Positions 41,587-47,755 of a DNA stretch of 64,000 nucleotides are shown one piece after another. Under the pieces are notes generated by a model. That model was not told the origin of the DNA, made no database searches, and saw nothing but the letters and a program-made list of their open reading frames with translations. Source of the DNA: Bacteroidales bacterium (GTDB lineage: Bacteria > Bacteroidota > Bacteroidia > Bacteroidales > PUMT01). The stretch is from contig JAWODJ010000080.1 of NCBI GenBank assembly GCA_046483315.1, positions 9,313 through 73,312 of the forward strand, read 5' to 3'. The translations under genes were made by a program, and so were the position numbers. Positions within the stretch are counted from its first letter, which is position 1. Each line of letters opens with the position of its first letter.

Positions 41587-44451
41587 TTAATCTTTTCTGT
41601 CCTGAACCCACAACTCTTTTGTTTTTACAACCGGGATGCCTGTTTCGGTAATTCCCTCCACAATGATGCGGTATACCGATGCCTTGTCTGATGTAAAGAA
41701 AGAGACCTTTGCCCTATCGTCTTCACCGGGTTTGACTTCAGGCTCCCAGAAAAGGGTGGTACGGTAGTCCGGTTGGCCATGGTGCGGCCCCGGCCTGTCG
41801 TACATTGGCGAGTAAAACTCCCTGGCCAGGTAATAGCCCGGGAACTCAAAGCTTAAAAGTCCGGGGGGACTTGTATCTGCATCACGGTAATCTTCAAAGG
41901 TTTTTGTATAAACAGCTATGACCAGATCAGTGCCCATACCATAAATTGTGGTTTGAGGCGGCCTTATAATATCAATAAAGGATATTGTCTCAAGAGGCAG
42001 GTTTTCTATGGAACCGCCGCGCATCCCATTCAATAATATCAATGTTCTCATTGGAGCGTACAATGAAGTGGGTCCGCTGGCGAATCTGATGCCGTCATCA
42101 ATAATCAATCCCGGCCTCATTGCCCTTATGAATTCCAATGTATTATGATAGGTGTAGGTAAAAGGGTATTCATCCGGAATTATCCTGTCCATCATTCTGA
42201 ATGGGGTACCGTGGATGGTCCTGTCAAAGGTGGTACGCACCACAGGCCTGCGCCTTCGTATCTCTACCTCCTCTATCTCAAGGTGCCATATATCTTCAAG
42301 GTGTGAAAGGAGAGGATCCTTCATCGAATCCTCAATATAGGCCCTCAGTACCTCCTCCGCCGCGGTAGCCGCTGCTATGTCAACTTCATGCTGAACAATT
42401 TCCGGCTCTTCTAAATGAAGGGCAACCAGGTTTGCGCTCCCGGGAGTGAAAGTGTCATCCACGCCCCGCCTCTCTCTGCGCTGTGCCCTGCGCTCGCTGT
42501 AAAAGCTTCCCTGCAGCACAAGAACGGTGGTGTCATAGAGTTCAATTCCGTCAAACAGGAACCTGCCGTCTTCACCTGTCACCTGGCTCGAGGCAAAGAA
42601 CTCATCGCCCAGTGCAGAGAGCATCACCTTTGCCCTTACCGGAGTGTCATGCTGGTTTATCAGGGAGACCCTTCCGTCAATAATATGGCCGGTCCCTGCC
42701 GGATAACATAAATAGGGATATCGCCCGGCAATAAGGTCATCCCACCTGAAGCGCCGCCATCCGTTGGTTGTCATCAGCAGGTCAAGAAGCTGGTGCCTGC
42801 CGGCGTTGCCCGGATCAAAGAAGTAGCCCGGGTTTTCGATAGGTCCGGGAATATCTGAGTTGAGCAGAAGCCATGTCTCTATGTTGTGCCGGTGATGATG
42901 GGAGGGCACCACGTAGCTGTCGGTTACCGACACCGAGAATTCCCCCTTCAGTGGATTGCCATTATTATCGGTCAGCTCAAACTCCATCTCAACCTTTTCC
43001 CTGTGATCATATACCTCTGCTGACTTAACCACTTCAAGCCGGGCCTGCGGCTCCTTTTCGTTTACAAAGATAAGCCTCTCTGCAACGGGCATTCCCTCTG
43101 AAGAGAAAAGGGTAAGGTGTACTATACCTGCCGGGAATCCTGTCTTGTCGATGTTGATAATGGCCATGTTGCTTTCCGGCAGCTTTTCAAGGCAGAAGAT
43201 CTCTCCCCTGATATGTCCGATCAAAAAGGCGTTGGTGAGGCCGCGGTCCAGGTTGGTCTCTATTCTTACCAGCGCCTCGTCAGGCATGCTGTTGTTAACC
43301 TGCAGGGTGTAGCCTGTCTTTTTTACCCCGGGAAGTTCAAAGCGGAGAGTTGTGTCGGCTGTTTCAACATCGGCATGGTATAGTTTGCCGTCAAGCGGGG
43401 TGAATTCAAACCTGCCGAGCCCGAAGCGGCCGGTTGCAAAACCGGCAACATGATTGCCAAGGTCATCATATACCTTGCCCTGCAATTCGATGCCTGTTCC
43501 ACAGGCTATGGTTGATTTAACCGCCACAACAGAGCTGAGCCCGGCTACAAGGTCGCCTCCCTCGGGGAAGAACCTGACATCAGGATCGTTTGAGAGGATC
43601 AAGAACTGTTCAGCAGGGGCTTCCGGCCTTCCTTCATCAGTGGGTATCGGAGCCATAGCGGCAGTATCCGGAGAGACTTCCGGACCTTCCTCGGCGGTTG
43701 GTATTTGAGCCATGGCAGCAGTATCCGAAAGGGATTTGGTTACCGGGGTATCCGGGTGCTCAGGCACGTCATCCGGTATGCCGTCAGTTAACGGAGCTGA
43801 TTGTGGTTTCCTGCCGGGTGCAGCAGCCTGCCTGCTGCCGGTTAACCCAAATCTGCCCGGGTATGCATCAATAACCCGAAGCTCCATGCTGAAGAGTGGA
43901 GAGCTGCTGTAGTTGCGCATGTAGTTGGTATGGCCGCGTAAAACCCAGGTGCCCGGTTCAAATTCCGGATCGAGTTGGAAATCCCCATGTCCCGTACCTT
44001 CGGTTATCCCGATGTACCGCCTGCCGGCCAACACGCCCGCGGTATCGGCAAACTCCACATAGACGATCCGGCTCCAGGGAGATGCCTGGTGAGAGGAGGC
44101 ATCGGTAAGGTAGAGCTTGAACCAGATGGTCTCGCCGGGAAGGTAGTGGGATTTGTCGGTATGGATATAGAGCTTCTCTTGCGGGTAAAACTCACCCAGG
44201 TGAACCAGCCGGCGGCTTATCTCCAGGGAGAGGTCTGCCTGCCTGTCAATAGAATCAAACACAAGCTGGTATTCAATTTCATCTTCAACATGTTGATCAA
44301 TGGAGGGCGTACTTGCCCTGCAAGAAAAAAGGAAAACCAGCAACAAAACAGCAGCAGGTATGGTCAGGGCTGAGGTGGTTATCCTTACAGACAAGCTGAG
44401 AGCTGTGATATTCAGCTTCATTACTTTTGTGTTAATATCCGCTGATGCCAT
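41587..44451 (-). CDS. Large lipoprotein with an MG2-like N-terminal region, a Pro-rich repeat linker and a Plug-like C-terminal segment
   Basis: Lipobox LFSCRAS, EKLYIHTDKSHYLPGETIWFKLYL (MG2-like) and LLNGMRGGSIENLPLETISFIDIIRPPQTTIYGMGTDLVIAVYTK (TonB-plug-like). 954 aa, noticeably GC-rich. Confidence 0.6.
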   Translation of the reverse strand: MASADINTKVMKLNITALSLSVRITTSALTIPAAVLLLVFLFSCRASTPSIDQHVEDEIEYQLVFDSIDRQADLSLEISRRLVHLGEFYPQEKLYIHTDKSHYLPGETIWFKLYLTDASSHQASPWSRIVYVEFADTAGVLAGRRYIGITEGTGHGDFQLDPEFEPGTWVLRGHTNYMRNYSSSPLFSMELRVIDAYPGRFGLTGSRQAAAPGRKPQSAPLTDGIPDDVPEHPDTPVTKSLSDTAAMAQIPTAEEGPEVSPDTAAMAPIPTDEGRPEAPAEQFLILSNDPDVRFFPEGGDLVAGLSSVVAVKSTIACGTGIELQGKVYDDLGNHVAGFATGRFGLGRFEFTPLDGKLYHADVETADTTLRFELPGVKKTGYTLQVNNSMPDEALVRIETNLDRGLTNAFLIGHIRGEIFCLEKLPESNMAIINIDKTGFPAGIVHLTLFSSEGMPVAERLIFVNEKEPQARLEVVKSAEVYDHREKVEMEFELTDNNGNPLKGEFSVSVTDSYVVPSHHHRHNIETWLLLNSDIPGPIENPGYFFDPGNAGRHQLLDLLMTTNGWRRFRWDDLIAGRYPYLCYPAGTGHIIDGRVSLINQHDTPVRAKVMLSALGDEFFASSQVTGEDGRFLFDGIELYDTTVLVLQGSFYSERRAQRRERRGVDDTFTPGSANLVALHLEEPEIVQHEVDIAAATAAEEVLRAYIEDSMKDPLLSHLEDIWHLEIEEVEIRRRRPVVRTTFDRTIHGTPFRMMDRIIPDEYPFTYTYHNTLEFIRAMRPGLIIDDGIRFASGPTSLYAPMRTLILLNGMRGGSIENLPLETISFIDIIRPPQTTIYGMGTDLVIAVYTKTFEDYRDADTSPPGLLSFEFPGYYLAREFYSPMYDRPGPHHGQPDYRTTLFWEPEVKPGEDDRAKVSFFTSDKASVYRIIVEGITETGIPVVKTKELWVQDRKD
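43621..43734. repeat. Two tandem units of about 57 bp inside the Pro-rich linker of the 954-aa gene
   Basis: Unit cores gccatagcggcagtatccgg and gccatggcagcagtatccga lie 57 nt apart. They encode SDTAAMAQIPTAEEGPEV and SPDTAAMAPIPTDEGRPEA. Confidence 0.7.
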
Positions 44452-44582
44452 GCAGGATTAGCAGGCAATTTGATCCTGTTACCGGCGACTTACATGAACT
44501 AAGTTGTAAGTTATAAAAAACCTGACAATAATTTCGCCAAAACCGGAAAATTGCAGGAAATTCATAAAGAACAAATATTACT

Positions 44583-45047
44583 TTATCTTACCTCGGCCAT
44601 TCTTTTCTTTGTATTCATCAAGCTTGCATTTTTAAAATGCCTGTTGATCTCGTTTTTTAATTTGTACGGACGATTAAATGTTTCCTGCGAAACCTTAAAA
44701 AAATCTGATAGCTTTCTAACTGTAACTTTTGAAAGTCCTTTATGATAATTTAGAATTTTAGAAACTGTTCCTTTTGACAAATCAAGAATATCGGCCAAAT
44801 CCTTAGCCTTTAAATTGTTATCACGCATCAGTGATTTTAGTAATTCAACAGGGTCAGAGTCTTTAAAAGTCCCTTGCTCATTGTCCCATTTCTCAATTAA
44901 TAGAGTAAGCAAGTCAATTTCGTCTTGGTTTTTTTCATTAGAAATTAAATTCTCTAAGATATTGCAATACTTATCATATTGATTTTTATCCTTAATTATG
45001 GTGTATTTTAGAGTTTCCATATCATTAATTTTAATTTTTTTTTTCAA
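44583..45047 (-). CDS. higA: HigA-type antitoxin (XRE-family HTH)
   Basis: 154 aa with a C-terminal HTH (LKAKDLADILDLSKGTVSKILNYHKGLSKVTVRKLSDFF). It overlaps the upstream toxin stop by 4 nt (ATGA). Confidence 0.75.
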   Translation of the reverse strand: MKKKIKINDMETLKYTIIKDKNQYDKYCNILENLISNEKNQDEIDLLTLLIEKWDNEQGTFKDSDPVELLKSLMRDNNLKAKDLADILDLSKGTVSKILNYHKGLSKVTVRKLSDFFKVSQETFNRPYKLKNEINRHFKNASLMNTKKRMAEVR

Positions 45048-45376
45048 TATTCGTTTATTTTATATTGCTTTCCATCATTACATAGTTTTGTATACTCTGC
45101 ATGTGTACCAATCCATTTTACAAATAAATGGACTTTCGTTTCTCCGAAATAATATTTGCATATCATTCTATAATTATTTCCACCAATATTAAATACAACT
45201 CGATTAGAACCTTTTCCGAGAATATCCGCACTATTAAAAGTCGATATAATCTCATTTGGTTCTTTCCATTCAACTCGTTTAATAATCGTTACCCATATCT
45301 CAAAAGATGCTTTGCTCCTGGAATTTTTCAGGACATATTCCTCAATTGACTGTTTTTTTATTAGATGTACTCTCAT
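45044..45376 (-). CDS. higB: HigB-family type II toxin (mRNA interferase)
   Basis: 110 aa with NRVVFNIGGNNYRMICKYYF and VKWIGTHAEYTKL, characteristic of the HigB_toxin family. The toxin-first gene order is typical of higBA. Confidence 0.8.
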   Translation of the reverse strand: MRVHLIKKQSIEEYVLKNSRSKASFEIWVTIIKRVEWKEPNEIISTFNSADILGKGSNRVVFNIGGNNYRMICKYYFGETKVHLFVKWIGTHAEYTKLCNDGKQYKINEY

Positions 45377-45517
45377 TTACCTGTTTGCAAATATACAAAA
45401 TAGTTTCACAAAAGGAAACCTCAGTCTCTTGCTTTTTTTAGTTTGTGGTGTAATATTGAGTGTTAATACTTCAAACTGTCTTTGGGCTCTGTAAAGCCAG
45501 AATGACCGCCTTGATAA

Positions 45518-45859
45518 TTAAAAGGGCCGGTTCTCCTGTACCCACAACTCTTTTGTTTTTACAACCGGGATCCCGGTTTCTGTCATGCCCTCGATAATGA
45601 TGCGGTATACGGATGCCTTGTCTGAAGTAAAAAAGGAGACTCTTGCCCTGCCGTCTTCACCTGTCACCTGGCTCGAGGCAAAGAACTCATCGCCCAGTGC
45701 AGAGAGCATCACCTTTGCCCTTACCGGGACATCATGCTGCTTTATCAGGGAAACCCTTCCGTCAATAATATGGCCGGTCCCTGCCGGATAACATAAATAG
45801 GGATAGCGTCCGGCGATAAGGTCATCCCACCTGAAGCGCCGCCAGCCGTTGGTTGTCAT
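45518..45859 (-). pseudogene. Collapsed paralogue remnant of the 954-aa lipoprotein gene (a mid-gene piece fused to the 3' end)
   Basis: 45652-45870 aligns to 42567-42785, and about 45534-45651 aligns to about 41598-41717, at roughly 90 percent identity by eye. The encoded MTTNGWRRFRWDDLIAGRYPYLCYPAGTGHIIDGRVSL...GEDGR is joined to ARVSFFTSDKASVYRII...KTKELWVQ. Confidence 0.85.
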
Positions 45860-45866
45860 CAGCAGG

Positions 45867-46217
45867 TCAAAGGCTTAACTCCCTGCCGGATTTGTATGTA
45901 ATCCTAAACCGGAGATTTACAAAAATGGGAACTGCAGCCCACTTGTCCTCAATATTGGTTTTTCGTTTACGTTTAGAATAAACCGGCAGGATCGGACCGC
46001 CCTGGTAGCCAAGACTAAATGAACGGCCAAGGGATATCTCCCTTCCCAGTCCGGCAGAATACCGGTCAAACCGGTATGATCCGCCTGCATGCACACCATC
46101 CCAGATCCCATAACCAAAATTAATACCGGCCTGGTTCGTACTCTGGCACAGGGCGCTGACTGACAGTGTTGAAATTATTGCAATCAGCAGGGTCCTTTTA
46201 AGAAGTTGCATGCTCAT
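45867..46217 (-). CDS. Small signal-peptide ORF, possibly the 5' remnant of an outer-membrane beta-barrel gene
   Basis: Signal peptide LLIAIISTLSVSALCQ, then a short Gly/aromatic-rich stretch. The ORF ends abruptly at the junction with the paralogue remnant. Confidence 0.3.
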   Translation of the reverse strand: MSMQLLKRTLLIAIISTLSVSALCQSTNQAGINFGYGIWDGVHAGGSYRFDRYSAGLGREISLGRSFSLGYQGGPILPVYSKRKRKTNIEDKWAAVPIFVNLRFRITYKSGRELSL

Positions 46218-46408
46218 TGTATGTCAATTTAGGGAAACATTGCCAGTTATAGATACAGCTACCTCAAAACCTGATATCTGGTTATATAATTAAGACGAAA
46301 TAATGTCCGGATAGTTGGAATTAGATATCAGGAATTTGTGTTGGGCCGCAGAGAATAAAATGGCCATGGCCGTTTGTAGCATGAGACACCAGGAAATTGC
46401 TTTCAAAA

Positions 46409-46461
46409 ATATGATCAATTTCAGATACTATTAATTCGCTGTTTTGTACTTTAGTGGCTTG
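46409..46461. repeat. 53-bp perfect direct repeat, left copy (upstream of KilA-N)
   Basis: atatgatcaatttcagatactattaattcgctgttttgtactttagtggcttg is identical to 47353-47405. Confidence 0.95.
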
Positions 46462-46488
46462 AACCTCCAATTTTAGTGGATATAAAAG

Positions 46489-47301
46489 GTGGCAAAAATA
46501 AACGTCAAAGATACTGAAATCACTATTATATCAGTTGAGGAAAGAGATTACATTTCGCTTACTGATATGGCTAATACAAAAGAAAGCGAAAGCCGTGCTG
46601 CCGATATTATTAAAAACTGGTTGAGAGGCCGTTACACACTTGAGTTTTTGGGTACCTGGGAGAAAATAAATAACCCTGGCTTTAAAGTGGTCGAATTTGA
46701 CCACTTTAAATCACAAGCTGGTTTGCCAAGTTTTGTATTGAGTGTTTCGGAATGGATAAGAAAAACCAATGCTGTTGGGATTATTGTAAAAAAAGGCAAG
46801 TATGGAGGAACTTTTGCCCATAAAGACATTGCATTTGAATTTGGTTCAGCTATCAGTGTTCCTTTTAAGCTGTATTTGATTAATGAATTTCAACGCCTTA
46901 AAGATGAAGAACAAAAACAACTAGGATGGACGGCAAAGCGGGACCTTGCTAAATTGAATTACCACATTCATACCGATGCAATTAAACAAAATCTCATACC
47001 ACAGGAACTCTCAGCAGCGCAAACATCAATAATATACGCCAATGAAGCCGATGTTCTTAATGTAGCTTTGTTTGGGATAACAGCTAAACAATGGAGAGAT
47101 GCAAACCCCGATTTAAAAGGGAATATTCGTGATTATGCTACAATAAATGAGTTGATTTGCCTGTCAAATATGGAGAACCTGAATGCTCTGTTTATCAACG
47201 AAAAGATGTCCCAAAAAGAACGTTTGATAAAACTTAACCAAATCGCCATTAAGCAAATGGTTATTTTACAAGATGCTGAAAGACGAAAATTATTGAAATA
47301 A
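46489..47301 (+). CDS. KilA-N domain DNA-binding protein
   Basis: GTG start. The N-terminus MAKINVKDTEITIISVEERDYISLTDMAN, followed by GGTFAHKDIAFEFGSAIS, is the KilA-N pattern common in Bacteroidota mobile and phage DNA. 270 aa, AT-rich. Confidence 0.75.
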   Translation: MAKINVKDTEITIISVEERDYISLTDMANTKESESRAADIIKNWLRGRYTLEFLGTWEKINNPGFKVVEFDHFKSQAGLPSFVLSVSEWIRKTNAVGIIVKKGKYGGTFAHKDIAFEFGSAISVPFKLYLINEFQRLKDEEQKQLGWTAKRDLAKLNYHIHTDAIKQNLIPQELSAAQTSIIYANEADVLNVALFGITAKQWRDANPDLKGNIRDYATINELICLSNMENLNALFINEKMSQKERLIKLNQIAIKQMVILQDAERRKLLK

Positions 47302-47352
47302 TTATCCGGATTCTGACCTGCGCAGGAATACACATTGATTAGCAGATCAAAT

Positions 47353-47405
47353 ATATGATCAATTTCAGATACTATTAATTCGCTGTTTTGTACTTTAGTG
47401 GCTTG
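47353..47405. repeat. 53-bp perfect direct repeat, right copy (downstream of KilA-N)
   Basis: Identical to 46409-46461. After an extra segment of about 99 nt, a second homologous block (47505-47541 versus 46465-46502) follows. Confidence 0.95.
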
Positions 47406-47566
47406 TAAAGCAGTTGGTTTTCCGGCTGCCGTGGTACTGCCGCTTGCGCGAGGGGCAATTAAAACGGGAGTTTCGCATCGGAATGCCGGGCACAATTTTC
47501 AAATCTGCAATCTTAGTGGATAAAAAACGTGATAAAATAAAAAGGACCGGGAAAACCGGGGGGGCT

Positions 47567-47755
47567 GATAGCGGGCATTCTCCGGCTTCTGTTGGTGACG
47601 GGAATCCTCAGGCTTTGCCAGATAGCGGGCATTCTCCGGCTTCACCGGAAAAAGGGAATTTCAGGGCTTTACCTGAAAATTGGAATTCTCAGTCCCCGGT
47701 TGGTAACCGGAATTCTTCGGCAAAGCCAGACAAAGGGAATTCTTTGGCTTCAATC
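47567..47755 (+). repeat. Seven strictly phased degenerate 27-nt tandem repeats immediately upstream of the Tat motif of the molybdoenzyme gene
   Basis: Units start at 47567, 47594, 47621, 47648, 47675, 47702 and 47729. The consensus is about gAnAAnGGGAATTCTCnGGCTTy. Units 1 and 3 share a perfect 23-mer, gatagcgggcattctccggcttc. Confidence 0.9.

Noticed and set aside
45534-45870. Diversity-generating retroelement template/variable repeat pair (a duplicated gene segment near its target gene)
   Set aside because: No reverse transcriptase gene is nearby. Mismatches between the copies affect all four bases, with no bias toward adenines. The copy also carries a large internal deletion, which fits a decayed paralogue.
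46270-46332. 10-bp perfect inverted repeat cctgatatct/agatatcagg with a 43-nt spacer upstream of the KilA-N cassette
   Set aside because: It is a single occurrence with no matching partner at the other cassette end and no associated recombinase. It could be an operator, but the evidence is insufficient.
44452-47405. Calling the HigBA/KilA-N stretch a discrete mobile element or prophage fragment
   Set aside because: No integrase, transposase, terminal inverted repeats or tRNA-end att duplication can be seen. Only compositional contrast and local repeats support foreign origin, so the pieces are reported individually.
47567-47755. Possible CRISPR array (23-mer repeated with a 31-nt spacer)
   Set aside because: Only two perfect copies exist. 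The sequences between them are themselves degenerate copies of the same 27-nt unit. No cas genes or leader are present. This is a tandem repeat, not a repeat-spacer array.
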